Positions 47,911 through 57,842 of a stretch of 64,000 bases of DNA are shown in pieces. Made by a program: the position numbers and the translations under genes. Within the stretch, counting starts at the first letter, position 1. Every line of letters starts with the position of its first letter. The stretch comes from an uncultured Deferribacteres bacterium. GTDB taxonomy: Bacteria; Zhuqueibacterota; Zhuqueibacteria; Zhuqueibacterales; Geothermadaptataceae. The stretch spans positions 9,974 through 73,973 of the forward strand of contig CAXHAT010000009.1 of the NCBI GenBank assembly GCA_964014485.1. Reading direction: 5' to 3'. The notes under the pieces are model-generated. The model was given only the letters and a program-made list of their open reading frames with translations. It made no database searches and was not told the DNA's origin.

Positions 47911-48891
47911 ATGACGCAACAATCAGCGACTGCCATAGCACCTGTCGATACCGCGAAAAACGGCAAGACAAACTTGCTGACGGATGACGTCTATCAGCGC
48001 TATCGCAAACTTCTGGTGAAAGACAGCGCCAACGGACGAATCTACAGCGAGGAACGGGAAAAGAAAGTTTTGAAAGACAGCGATATCCGAATCAGAAAAA
48101 TAGCGGGAAAGCTTTTCATCTCGCCGTTTTTTCTTATGACGAGTCTGTCGGCCATGTTTTGGCTGCCGGAAGAACTGCTGCAAAAAATGAACAGCACTTT
48201 GGCCAACAAGCAATTCTGGCAGTCGGTCGCCAAACGCATTTTCGATATCGTCTGCGCCGTCATGGGCTTCATTTTTTGCTCTATCTTCTTTTTCATCATT
48301 CCGTTCATCATCAAATTTGACAGCCGCGGCCCCGCTTTTTACAAACAAGTGCGGGCGGGAAAGAATAATCGCGAAAAAGACAGACGCGTGGTAAACCTTG
48401 CCGTCGCTCACGACCGCCGCAAGGGAGACCGCAGAAAGGAAGACTTGTTCGGGCGACCTTTCTGGGTATACAAATTTCGCACGATGACGACGGACGCTGA
48501 AAAGCACGGCGCACAGTGGGCGAAAAAAAACGACCCGCGAATTACAGCGCTGGGGCGTATCCTTCGTTTTACACATGTCGACGAGATTCCACAGTTTTAT
48601 AACGTGCTGCTCGGCGAAATGTCCATGGTCGGCCCGAGACCGGAAAGACCGGAGCTTATGCCTCCGATTATCGAAAAGGTCGCCGATTTTCCTGACAGAC
48701 TGATGGTTAAGCCCGGCATGACAGGCATCGCACAAATCGTTTGCGGCTACGACACGACGATTGAAGCGACGCGAGAAAAACTGCGTTACGACATGGTTTA
48801 TGTCCGAAATCAGGGCATTAAAGCGGATATTATGATTCTACTGCAAACATTATGGGTTATCATCCGAGGCAAGGAAGTCCTCGATTCATAG
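47911..48891 (+). CDS. Priming sugar transferase (WcaJ/WbaP-type Bac_transf domain)
   Basis: KRIFDI, KFRTM, DPRIT, DEIPQ..NVL.GEMS.VGPRPE and KPGMTG.AQ motifs. Confidence 0.93.
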   Translation: MTQQSATAIAPVDTAKNGKTNLLTDDVYQRYRKLLVKDSANGRIYSEEREKKVLKDSDIRIRKIAGKLFISPFFLMTSLSAMFWLPEELLQKMNSTLANKQFWQSVAKRIFDIVCAVMGFIFCSIFFFIIPFIIKFDSRGPAFYKQVRAGKNNREKDRRVVNLAVAHDRRKGDRRKEDLFGRPFWVYKFRTMTTDAEKHGAQWAKKNDPRITALGRILRFTHVDEIPQFYNVLLGEMSMVGPRPERPELMPPIIEKVADFPDRLMVKPGMTGIAQIVCGYDTTIEATREKLRYDMVYVRNQGIKADIMILLQTLWVIIRGKEVLDS

Positions 48892-48920
48892 GCATTAACA
48901 GACACGGAGGTTTCGGTTCG

Positions 48921-49652
48921 ATGAGACGTTTTGCCAAATTGTTTGGCGTTGCGGGAATTGTGATCTGCGTTGGCGCTTCCGTTCTGCCGGCGCAAGAACA
49001 GGCCCCGATAAACACACAAGTCGTTGCTAACCCGGCCGGCGCGATTATTTACCTTGAAGGCGAGTATGGATTGGCCGGTCGAACGCCGTATACAATTCTA
49101 AAAAACCTCAAAGGCACGTATCGCATACGCGCTAAAAAATGGGGCTACGAAACCTACACGGGTTTGTATGAGTTTCGTCCCGGGGTTAGCCAGCGCATTT
49201 CCGTAAACTTGACGAAAAAAACGCGTTCGCGCGCTGCATTCCGATCCTTGATTCTCCCCGGTTGGGGGCAGCGTTACTCGGATCAGCCGGCGAAGGGTTG
49301 GATTATTACGACATTGTCCTTAACCTCAGGCAGCTATTTAATTTATCGAGATCGACGCTACCAAAGCTCGGTGGATAATTACGAAGCGGCGCTGACAAAT
49401 TTCCAGAACAATGAGAACAACAGTGAATTGCGTGAAGCCCTGCTTCTCGAAGTTCAGCGCACCGAAACGATTCTTGACAATCGATTTGAAAAACGCAAAA
49501 CCGCGTTTATTATTGCCGGCAGTATTTATTTGTACAACTTGTTAGATGCTCTCCTTTTCTTCCCCAATTATCGTGAAAAGGGCGTCGGTTTTTCGATGAA
49601 CGCCGATTTTCGCAACCAAGCCCTGGCGTTGGGAGTGCAAAAGAAGTTTTAG
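48921..49652 (+). CDS. PEGA-domain protein with a membrane-associated C-terminal domain
   Basis: P.GA.IYL....GRTP...L.GTY.I...K.GY (PEGA), then RSLILPGWGQRY. GGAGG RBS before ATG 48921. Confidence 0.8.
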   Translation: MRRFAKLFGVAGIVICVGASVLPAQEQAPINTQVVANPAGAIIYLEGEYGLAGRTPYTILKNLKGTYRIRAKKWGYETYTGLYEFRPGVSQRISVNLTKKTRSRAAFRSLILPGWGQRYSDQPAKGWIITTLSLTSGSYLIYRDRRYQSSVDNYEAALTNFQNNENNSELREALLLEVQRTETILDNRFEKRKTAFIIAGSIYLYNLLDALLFFPNYREKGVGFSMNADFRNQALALGVQKKF

Positions 49653-49727
49653 GCGCAGCGCCGCATCTGGCTCTTATACATTTTTACAATCGACATCTTT
49701 GAATCAGCAGCTTTGGAGCATGTAAAT

Positions 49728-51596
49728 ATGAAGACGCCGCAATCGGTTTTCTTCGGGCTGATCGTCAGCCTTTTTGCGGGTGTTGTATTTCTCGGTTGCG
49801 AGGGCAAGCCAACCGGGATCGATCCAACCGAAAAGGGTGTTTTTCCCGCCGCCCCAACCAATATCCAGGCTCTCGTCGGCGACCGTAAGGTGATTTTGAC
49901 GTGGGAGTTTAGCGACACTACCATTATCCGCGAATTCAAGATTTATCGCAGCACGACCCAGACCTCCGGGTTCTCCGCCATCGGTTCCACGGAAGATAAG
50001 ACTTTCACGGATCAGACAGTGCAGAACAGCGTGCAGTATTTTTACAAAATCACTGCGGTCAGCGAAGAAGATTTGGAAGGCCTGCCAACATCCGTTATTT
50101 CCGCCACAGCGAACGTCTTTAGCATCTCCATTGAGAGCGGAGCGGTTTTTACCGGAACGACTGACGTAAAAGTCACCATTTCCGCAGCAGCGTCCACGGC
50201 GTTTATGCAGTTGAGCAACGACTCGACTTTCACCAGTTCCACGCTCGAACCTTTCGTGAGCGTAACGAATTGGATTTTGCCTGCCGGAGACGGTGAAAAA
50301 ACTGTTTTCGCAAAATTCCGCGACACTTCCGGCAACGAAAGCTCAGCCCCGGTGCACGATTCGATTATTCTCGATACTCAGGCGACGATTCAATCCATCA
50401 CAGAAAATACAAACGGTGTGCAAAAGCAGGCCGGCGACGAAGTGCATTTTACGCTGAACGCCGGAGAAGCGGCTGGACAAGCCTGGGCTTCAATTGAGGA
50501 CGGCCCGCAAAACATCGCACTGTTCGACAACGGCACAAACGGCGATCAATTGCCGAACGACGGAGTTTATGAAGTCGATTATATTGTCCCGGGAGATGCG
50601 GACGTGTTCGAAAAGCGCGTTATCGGAACTTTTATCGACCGCGTCAACAACGAAGCCGCCGCTGAATTTTCCACAACGCGTCTAACGATCAGGCGCGCGC
50701 CCGCCGCAATCAGCCTCTTCCCTCCGGTTTTGGAAGGCGACGGCAAGTCAATGTTCAAAATAACCTGGACGCCGAGTCAAGACCTCGCAGATTTCGCTTC
50801 TTACGTCATTTATCGCTCGACCTCTCCCAATATCACGCGTGATAACGCGACTTCGGTCACCAGCATTACTTCGCGAAGCACGACCAATTTTATCGACTCC
50901 GGCCTTGATCCGAACACGACCTATTTTTACCGAATTTTTGTCGTCGATTTTACCAACCTGGCCACGGGCAGCAACGAAGTTTCGGGCACAACGCTGCCGG
51001 AAGACGCGCCAACGGCGGTGACGATCTTCACGCCGTTTGTTCAGGACAACGGATCGGTTCAAGTGACCTGGACGCGCAACGACGACTCTGATTTTGCCAG
51101 TTACCGCCTGTTCAGAGCGGAGCAAGCTAACGTCGATTTGAGTTCAACTTTGCGCGCCATTTTTTCTGATCGTCGCGACCTTGAATTTATCGATACGGAA
51201 GTGACCGACGGCGTCACGTATTTTTACAAGATATTTTCTTTTGATCAATCGGGTCTCAGCACGCCAAGTAATGAAGTTTCGGTGACGCTGCCGGCCAATA
51301 CGGCGCCTGTACCTGTTACGCTTGCAGTGCCTTCGGCTTTAAGTCAGGAGACTTTGAAACTGACCTGGTCCAGAAGCAATGAAACAGATTTTTCTCATTA
51401 CAGCGTTTATCGCTCGCTGGTCAGCCCTGTCGATACGACGCAAACGCCGATCGCGGTGCTCAACAGCAGCCCTGCGGATACTGAATTTACGGATAACGGC
51501 TTAACGACTCTGACGACTTATTTTTATCGCGTTTTCGTCGTCGATCAAAAAGGCCTTCAGGCTGGAAGCAATGAAGTTTCGGGAACAACCAAGTAA
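49728..51596 (+). CDS. Fibronectin type III repeat lipoprotein
   Basis: Lipobox FLGC. About four FN3-like repeats (TW..S...DF..Y..YRS...F.D.....YFY...SNEVS). LFDNGTNGD...DGVY motif. Confidence 0.85.
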   Translation: MKTPQSVFFGLIVSLFAGVVFLGCEGKPTGIDPTEKGVFPAAPTNIQALVGDRKVILTWEFSDTTIIREFKIYRSTTQTSGFSAIGSTEDKTFTDQTVQNSVQYFYKITAVSEEDLEGLPTSVISATANVFSISIESGAVFTGTTDVKVTISAAASTAFMQLSNDSTFTSSTLEPFVSVTNWILPAGDGEKTVFAKFRDTSGNESSAPVHDSIILDTQATIQSITENTNGVQKQAGDEVHFTLNAGEAAGQAWASIEDGPQNIALFDNGTNGDQLPNDGVYEVDYIVPGDADVFEKRVIGTFIDRVNNEAAAEFSTTRLTIRRAPAAISLFPPVLEGDGKSMFKITWTPSQDLADFASYVIYRSTSPNITRDNATSVTSITSRSTTNFIDSGLDPNTTYFYRIFVVDFTNLATGSNEVSGTTLPEDAPTAVTIFTPFVQDNGSVQVTWTRNDDSDFASYRLFRAEQANVDLSSTLRAIFSDRRDLEFIDTEVTDGVTYFYKIFSFDQSGLSTPSNEVSVTLPANTAPVPVTLAVPSALSQETLKLTWSRSNETDFSHYSVYRSLVSPVDTTQTPIAVLNSSPADTEFTDNGLTTLTTYFYRVFVVDQKGLQAGSNEVSGTTK

Positions 51597-51648
51597 AACC
51601 GGGATTCACCGGGACAGTGAATCGAAAACGGATTTAATGTAGGGATAC

Positions 51649-52701
51649 ATGATGCGACTTAACTTTTTCCGCGCAATTTTTCTGCTGATTCTTGGACTGG
51701 TCGCAACTGCGCCGGCGCAAGCGCAGGAATATGTCATCGAAGCAGGCGACAAAGTGCTTGTCTCCATTTGGCAAGCGCCCGAGGTGCCGGACCAGGAAGC
51801 CGTTGTTGACGGCGACGGGCGAATTGATTTGCCCATCCTTGGAAGGGTGCTGGCGGCAGGTTTAACGATTTCGCAACTTGAGAGCAAGATTGTCGAAAAT
51901 TTTCGCAACTACAACCGCAATATAACTCAAGCGCAGGTAAAAGTAGTTGAATACGGCAGTAAGAAAATCTTTGTAACGGGCGCTGTTCGATTGCCCGGAG
52001 CCGTTAGTTTTCCGCAAATGCCGAACGTTTGGGAAGCCATTCTTGAAGCAGGCGGCCCGCTCGATGAAGCTGAGCTGGAAAAAGTTACGATTGTCCGCAA
52101 AAGCGGAACGCAAGGGCAAGTTATTGCCGCAAATCTGGTCTCCTATTTCGATGCGCAAGACATCAGTAATCTTCCTGAACTCCGCCCCGGCGACACTATT
52201 CACGTGCCCGGCGGAACCGGGAACGGCGTCAACGGCCCGAACAGCGGCGCGGGCGGCGGCTTGTTTACGAAATCACAAGCGATATATATTTACGGCGAAG
52301 TGCTGCAGCCGGGACGCTACGAATTGCAGGAAAGCCTGGACGTTTTGCAAGCCATTGTTCTTGCGGGCGGCCCCGCGGCGGTGGAAGACGGCAACACGCG
52401 CGGCCCTTCCATTAGACCGGATCTCAAACGCGTTCGCATCATTACCCGCACGCCGGAAGGTGCGGTTGTGTACAAGGTCAACTTGCACCAATACGCCAAG
52501 ATTGGCGTTCCGATTCCGATCACGCTTAAGCCTGGAGACACGATTTACGTTCCGAGAAAAGAATCCTACTTGAAGTTTTTTACGACGAATACGCTAAGAA
52601 CGGTTGTCACAAGCACGGCTTCCTTGTTTGTCTCATTCATCGTTTTCGATCAGATTTTTAACGCGAACGGCAACAACAATAATAATAACAATAATCAATA
52701 G
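51649..52701 (+). CDS. wza: Polysaccharide export protein (Wza-like, Poly_export + SLBB)
   Basis: YVIEAGD, VDGDG.I.LP.LG...AAGLT, two SLBB repeats and LKPGDTIYVP. Confidence 0.85.
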   Translation: MMRLNFFRAIFLLILGLVATAPAQAQEYVIEAGDKVLVSIWQAPEVPDQEAVVDGDGRIDLPILGRVLAAGLTISQLESKIVENFRNYNRNITQAQVKVVEYGSKKIFVTGAVRLPGAVSFPQMPNVWEAILEAGGPLDEAELEKVTIVRKSGTQGQVIAANLVSYFDAQDISNLPELRPGDTIHVPGGTGNGVNGPNSGAGGGLFTKSQAIYIYGEVLQPGRYELQESLDVLQAIVLAGGPAAVEDGNTRGPSIRPDLKRVRIITRTPEGAVVYKVNLHQYAKIGVPIPITLKPGDTIYVPRKESYLKFFTTNTLRTVVTSTASLFVSFIVFDQIFNANGNNNNNNNNQ

Positions 52702-52741
52702 AAACCTGTCGACTTTCAAGTCCTACGCCTGGAGACGGTAA

Positions 52742-54268
52742 ATGCAAGATTCTAAAATCGATGTACAAGCGATACTTCATCTGTTGAAGCGTCGCAAATG
52801 GTTTCTGATTATCCCGCTGATTTTGGCATGTATTGGCGGATACATTCGTATTATCACGCTCGTTTCCGAGTATAAGGCGACCGTAACGATCATGCTCGGC
52901 AAGAAGTCGTTTATGACAAGCGATTTAAAAAACCAGCTTCCCGGCGTTACCGAGCGTGAAAAAATGAAGTTGCGCGATGAGAAGGAAACGATCACCAAGC
53001 ATATCAAAAGCAATGTTCTTCTCACTCAGGTGGTAGAAAAGCTCGGGCTGGATCCAAGTGCGGTTCAGGAAGAAAAAGCGAAAAAGTTGGTGGCCGCCCA
53101 GGAAGACATAAGCATAGAACAGGCCCGAAATACGGTGCTTGCGGCGTCAATACGCGGCAGCGTGGAAGTTGAATTTCCGCGCCGAGGCGACTATATCGAA
53201 GTCTCCTGCACTTCCAAAGACCCGGAAAAAGCCTACCTGGTCGCCAAAACGCTGGCTGATGTTTTTATTGAAGACAATCTGGTCACCGAGCAATACGGCG
53301 TGCGCAGCGTTGAAGATTTTTCCAACGAGCAACTTGAGATTTATCGAGACAAGCTCGAATACGCTGAAGAGCGGCTGCGCGCTTACCAAAGAAGCATCAA
53401 CGCGAACGCTCCCAGCAAGCAACTGACGGTCAGCCCGACAAGCGTTGGCCAAATTAAAGGCGTCATCTCTTCTTACAATGTGGACATTTCCGAGAAAGTT
53501 CAAGAGATGAGCGAGCTTGAAGCGCTTTTGGGGCGAGACGCATCCGAGATTCGCGTCAAACTGAGCGACCGAGCCAGCAGCATGCGAAACTCGCTGATTG
53601 AAAAAGTCACGGATTTGAGCGAATTGGCCGTTTCCCACAAATGGGATCAGGGCGACGTTCTGCGTCTTAACGGTGAAATCAAGGATTTGAAGGAAAGTCT
53701 GGAAAACGAGATCCGGCGCAGCGGCGTCAGACACCTTCAGGGCGTTTTTCAATCTTCGGCTATCAACGCGGCGGCGCGGCGTGAGATTCTGGGTTTCGAA
53801 ATTGATCTTTTACAGCGGCAAGTATCGACGCTGAATCGTTTTGTCAACGCCTACAATGCGACGACCAACCAAATGCCGGTGCATGAAGTCACGCTGCAAA
53901 AGTATCAGATGGAAGTCGACAAGAACCGCCAGATGTACCAAACTTTTCTCGATCAGGTTCGCAGCGCCCAAATTAGAACCGCCATGCAGGCCCTGGACAA
54001 GGACTTGCGCTTCCGAATCATCGACCCGGCGCAATTGCCTACGGAACCGATTAACGCGAGCACAAACCAGGTCATCATAATCTCATTATTACTTGGGCTC
54101 GGCCTGGGCGGCGGGTTTATCTACACGTTGGAGTTTATCGATCAATCCTTCAAATCCGTGGAAGAAGTGGAAAATTACCTCGGACTCGTTGTGCTCGGCA
54201 CGGTTCCCAAGATCGATTTTGAAGAACGCATGGGCAAGAGCAAGAAGAGAAAACTCCCGTTTTTCTAG
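52742..54268 (+). CDS. Polysaccharide co-polymerase / chain-length determinant (Wzc N-terminal part, GumC-like)
   Basis: Two TM segments flank a coiled-coil periplasmic region. FRIIDPA..P and DQSFKS.EEVE..LGL.VLG.VP motifs. Confidence 0.9.
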   Translation: MQDSKIDVQAILHLLKRRKWFLIIPLILACIGGYIRIITLVSEYKATVTIMLGKKSFMTSDLKNQLPGVTEREKMKLRDEKETITKHIKSNVLLTQVVEKLGLDPSAVQEEKAKKLVAAQEDISIEQARNTVLAASIRGSVEVEFPRRGDYIEVSCTSKDPEKAYLVAKTLADVFIEDNLVTEQYGVRSVEDFSNEQLEIYRDKLEYAEERLRAYQRSINANAPSKQLTVSPTSVGQIKGVISSYNVDISEKVQEMSELEALLGRDASEIRVKLSDRASSMRNSLIEKVTDLSELAVSHKWDQGDVLRLNGEIKDLKESLENEIRRSGVRHLQGVFQSSAINAAARREILGFEIDLLQRQVSTLNRFVNAYNATTNQMPVHEVTLQKYQMEVDKNRQMYQTFLDQVRSAQIRTAMQALDKDLRFRIIDPAQLPTEPINASTNQVIIISLLLGLGLGGGFIYTLEFIDQSFKSVEEVENYLGLVVLGTVPKIDFEERMGKSKKRKLPFF

Positions 54269-54314
54269 AAAGTAGTTGTGATTGCATTAACCCAAAAAAT
54301 GAGAGTTCGCTGAG

Positions 54315-55589
54315 ATGTTGGCAGAAGACAATCGGCTCGTTGATTCCGTAGAAGTGACTGATGAGAAAGTCTACATCATTCACCTCAAATCAGTCTTCGA
54401 CGCCTCGACGGTAGATGAATTTGAACACGTTCTTAATTATCTCCTGTCCAACAACCATTACAGATTCGTGATCGATCTCGCGCAAGTAGAGTTCATCAGT
54501 TCCGCCGGCTGGGGCGTTTTCGTCGGAGAGCTCCAACGTATTCGCGAAAGCGACGGCGACCTCAAATTGGCGAGCATGAGCAAGGAAGTCTACGAGGTCT
54601 ACCTTCTGCTTGAACTTGACCTTTTTATTCAAGCGTACGAAAGCGTTGAAGACGGTCTGGAAGATTTCGCCAATAACATACTCGGCGTGAAGCGGCCGGT
54701 CGCACCGGAAGCTTCTCTTTTCACGGACACGAATGATCTTGTTGATTTGCAGGATGTTGCAACTTCTTCCATCGACCCCGCCGCTACGAACAATTCGGGG
54801 CATGAAGCCGCGCGGCAAAAAGAAGCGGAAGAGACGAACCACGTGGATACGGCAAGTATTGAACATATAGAAATCGCCGACCCGTGGCTGCTTGAAGAAA
54901 CCAACACCGCGCTCTCCGCGCCGCAAGCTCAGAATGCGAATTCACATTCGGTTGTTCAGCAACAGCCCCCGGAGCGTCATCAAGCAGGTCAGAATTCCGT
55001 ACCCTCGCCAAGCAACAATGCTTTAGGCGTGCAAAATCAGCAAAAGCTGCCGCAGTCAACGCCGCAGCCGACGGGAGGCGCCAATGCGCCGCAGGTGACT
55101 ACGGCGCGATTTGGAGAAGCCCAGGAAGCGATTGAAGTCGAAGCTTCAATGCAGCCTCCAACTCAGCCTTCTCCTCTCCCCCAACAACAAAACGCCCACG
55201 CGCAAATGCTGGCGCCGCAGCGTCCCGTAAAGAAACCGCAAGCGGAAAAAAGCGGCGGTTTTTTTGACGTGAGTTTTTTCAGCGGTGAAGACGTTGACGC
55301 CGATGGTGACGACGACACCAACGATTACGCCTATAACCAGGCCAACGACTTCACGGAAACCGCGAATATCAGCATGTCCGAACTTTCTGGGGACCCCGTT
55401 TTGGAAAAAATCATCAGTGTTGTAATTGCTCATCCTTCTTACGGGCCAAGCGCTATCCGAAAGATGCTCATTAATTTGAATCTGATTAACGAATCGATTA
55501 CGCGATCAGACATTTACCGTAAGCTTTCGGAAGTTAACTTGAGCACGCGAGCGAAAAGAATCGCCTTTGCCAACACCCACTCGGTGTAG
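54315..55589 (+). CDS. STAS (anti-sigma-factor antagonist) domain + Q/P-rich linker + C-terminal HTH-like domain
   Basis: STAS motif IDLAQVEFISSAGWGV...GDLKL. C-terminal HPSYGP..I...L......ITRS.IYRKL...NLSTR..R. Confidence 0.8.
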   Translation: MLAEDNRLVDSVEVTDEKVYIIHLKSVFDASTVDEFEHVLNYLLSNNHYRFVIDLAQVEFISSAGWGVFVGELQRIRESDGDLKLASMSKEVYEVYLLLELDLFIQAYESVEDGLEDFANNILGVKRPVAPEASLFTDTNDLVDLQDVATSSIDPAATNNSGHEAARQKEAEETNHVDTASIEHIEIADPWLLEETNTALSAPQAQNANSHSVVQQQPPERHQAGQNSVPSPSNNALGVQNQQKLPQSTPQPTGGANAPQVTTARFGEAQEAIEVEASMQPPTQPSPLPQQQNAHAQMLAPQRPVKKPQAEKSGGFFDVSFFSGEDVDADGDDDTNDYAYNQANDFTETANISMSELSGDPVLEKIISVVIAHPSYGPSAIRKMLINLNLINESITRSDIYRKLSEVNLSTRAKRIAFANTHSV

Positions 55590-55654
55590 GCGGCGTTCGG
55601 TTAAGTGGCAAAGGGATGTGCGGCAGCCGGAACATTAATTCATTGGGATGAAAG

Positions 55655-56779
55655 ATGGGTGAGTATGTATTTAACGACGTGATCAAGTCCAAGAGCGGCG
55701 AGTATTTTCTGAGAACCGCGAACAGCATTTATCAACATCGCGTAATTTCCTCGTTTTTCAGAAACGGCACGCTGCTGGACTCACAATTCGTAGAGCATGA
55801 TCAACAGATTTCTGAAGATTTGCTCTTGAAAACCACGCGCAGTTTTCACGAAGAAAAAAAATCCGAAGTCGGCTCACTGCTCGAACTCTCGGATCAGTTG
55901 AAAGAATCACAGCAGGCCGAGTCGAAAAACTTGCTGGGGCTTGCCTTTATGAAGAAAGGCATGTTCGACGAAGCGATCAGCGAGTTTGAGGACGCCATCG
56001 TTCTTGAGCCGGAAAAGTCGGTCGTTTACAACAATCTTGGCAAGGCCTACATTTCTGTCGGTCGTCTGGAAGAAGCGATTGACGTACTCGAAAAAGCGAT
56101 TATCCTAAGCCCGAACTTCGCTGATTTGCACAACAATTTGGGCAGAGCGTACTTGAGAAAATCGCAATGTCGCAACGCGGTGGCTTCATTCAAAAAATCC
56201 ATTGCGATCAATACATACTACCCGGACGCTTTCTACAATTTGGGTCTGGCTTATGTTTTGAATGCACACACGCGCGAAGATTTCGAGCTTTCCGTTGATT
56301 GCTATTCGAAAGTGATGAGCTGCATGGAAAAAGCCACGCGCATCAACCCGAATTTCAACAACGAACACTTCGCCGAGGGTGAAAAATACCTCAAAGAAGA
56401 AAAATTCGAGCTCGCTTTGCAAGCATTCCAGAAAGGCTATGACATGGTCTCAGGCTCCGGCCACATCGACATGGCTTTTATTTTGGATTTTTATCTCAAA
56501 GTCATTCACAGCGGCAACCGCATGAAAAGCTCGGTTATCTGGAAACACATCCGCCGCCTGGAAGGCTTGCTCAAAAAATATCCAAGCTATGCGGATCTTT
56601 ACAACCATCTCGGCGTCGCTTATGTGATTATGAGCAAATTTCTCAACAACAAAGCGGTCAATTTGTTCAACAAGGCGATGGAGATCAATCCTCATTTCGA
56701 GAAGGCCAAAAGAAACAAGCGTCTGGCGGAATATGACCATAAAGGCATCCAGCTCCTGTTCGACGCAATCTTGAAATAG
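55655..56779 (+). CDS. Tetratricopeptide repeat protein
   Basis: Multiple NNLG.AY / YADL.N.LG TPR motifs. No signal peptide. Confidence 0.88.
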   Translation: MGEYVFNDVIKSKSGEYFLRTANSIYQHRVISSFFRNGTLLDSQFVEHDQQISEDLLLKTTRSFHEEKKSEVGSLLELSDQLKESQQAESKNLLGLAFMKKGMFDEAISEFEDAIVLEPEKSVVYNNLGKAYISVGRLEEAIDVLEKAIILSPNFADLHNNLGRAYLRKSQCRNAVASFKKSIAINTYYPDAFYNLGLAYVLNAHTREDFELSVDCYSKVMSCMEKATRINPNFNNEHFAEGEKYLKEEKFELALQAFQKGYDMVSGSGHIDMAFILDFYLKVIHSGNRMKSSVIWKHIRRLEGLLKKYPSYADLYNHLGVAYVIMSKFLNNKAVNLFNKAMEINPHFEKAKRNKRLAEYDHKGIQLLFDAILK

Positions 56780-56862
56780 CATTGGCTATCCCAAAAGCGC
56801 CGGCGGCTATGTAAATTCATGCAATAGCTCTGTCACGAAAAATACACCAAAGCAGTATCATC

Positions 56863-57585
56863 ATGGAACTTTTTACTGGCAGTATTCTCGACATTTTCGA
56901 TGATGAAACGCCTGAAGCGGCCGAATTTCGCAGGCTTTATTCAAAGTTGAAAAACGTCTACGTTGGGCAAGAAATCAAAAACCTGCTCATCACCAGTGCA
57001 ACAATGAACGAGGGCAAAAGCACTTCCGCCGCGCTTCTCGCCTGCACAATCGCGCGCTACCGCGAAACGAAGACCATTCTTGTCGATTGCGATCTGCGGC
57101 GTCCCCGCGTTCATCAGCTTTTTGGCATCGATAAAGAAGAAGGCGTCGCCGACATTCTGACCGGCAAAAGAAAGCTCGATTCATGCTTTCAGGACACTTC
57201 GATTCCAAACCTGAAAATTCTGCCCGCGGGCGGCGTTTTGGACAACCCCACGGGTCTGTTCAATTCCCAGCACATGCGCGATCTATTTTCAGAGATCAAG
57301 TTTTATTTCGACGCTGTTATCGTTGACAGTCCGCCGGTGCTGCCCGTCACCGATTCGCTGATTTTAAGCAGTGAAATGGACGGCGCCCTGGTCGTTCTCA
57401 AAGCTGGACAAACCCACAAAGACGTCGTCCGACGCGCGGTTGAATTGATGCGCAACGCCGGACTCAATCTTTTGGGCACGGTTATCAATAACCAAAAAGG
57501 GGTTTTGCCATACTACTATGATTACAGGTACTATGGTTATAACTATTATTCCCGTGACAGGATGAACGGGGCGAACAAGTTTTAA
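56863..57585 (+). CDS. CpsD/CapB family BY tyrosine kinase (stand-alone Wzc C-terminal part)
   Basis: EGKST, VDCDLRRP and VIVDSPP motifs. C-terminal Tyr cluster YYYDYRYYGYNYY. Confidence 0.93.
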   Translation: MELFTGSILDIFDDETPEAAEFRRLYSKLKNVYVGQEIKNLLITSATMNEGKSTSAALLACTIARYRETKTILVDCDLRRPRVHQLFGIDKEEGVADILTGKRKLDSCFQDTSIPNLKILPAGGVLDNPTGLFNSQHMRDLFSEIKFYFDAVIVDSPPVLPVTDSLILSSEMDGALVVLKAGQTHKDVVRRAVELMRNAGLNLLGTVINNQKGVLPYYYDYRYYGYNYYSRDRMNGANKF

Positions 57586-57842
57586 AACACTTCTTGCTGC
57601 GTGCGGCGACGTTTGCAAGCTTTTGGGGGCGCTCTTAAATTTGACGTTCAAAAGTCCTGGGCCTGTGACGACAAACTTCACCGGCTCATTCTTGAACGGG
57701 TTTTAAGCGGACTTGCCAACATCTGCGCAGCGAACTTCTTAAATTTTTTATAAGCGAATTACACCTTGAAGGACCAGAGCCGAGCTAAAGGGAGTTGGCC
57801 GGGATCGGTTTTCGTATATCTGAATTTCTTGAGGAGGCTACT

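Noticed and set aside
55390..55589. IS481-like transposase remnant as a mobile element
   Set aside because: Only an HTH-like segment fused in frame to STAS. No integrase core or terminal repeats are present.
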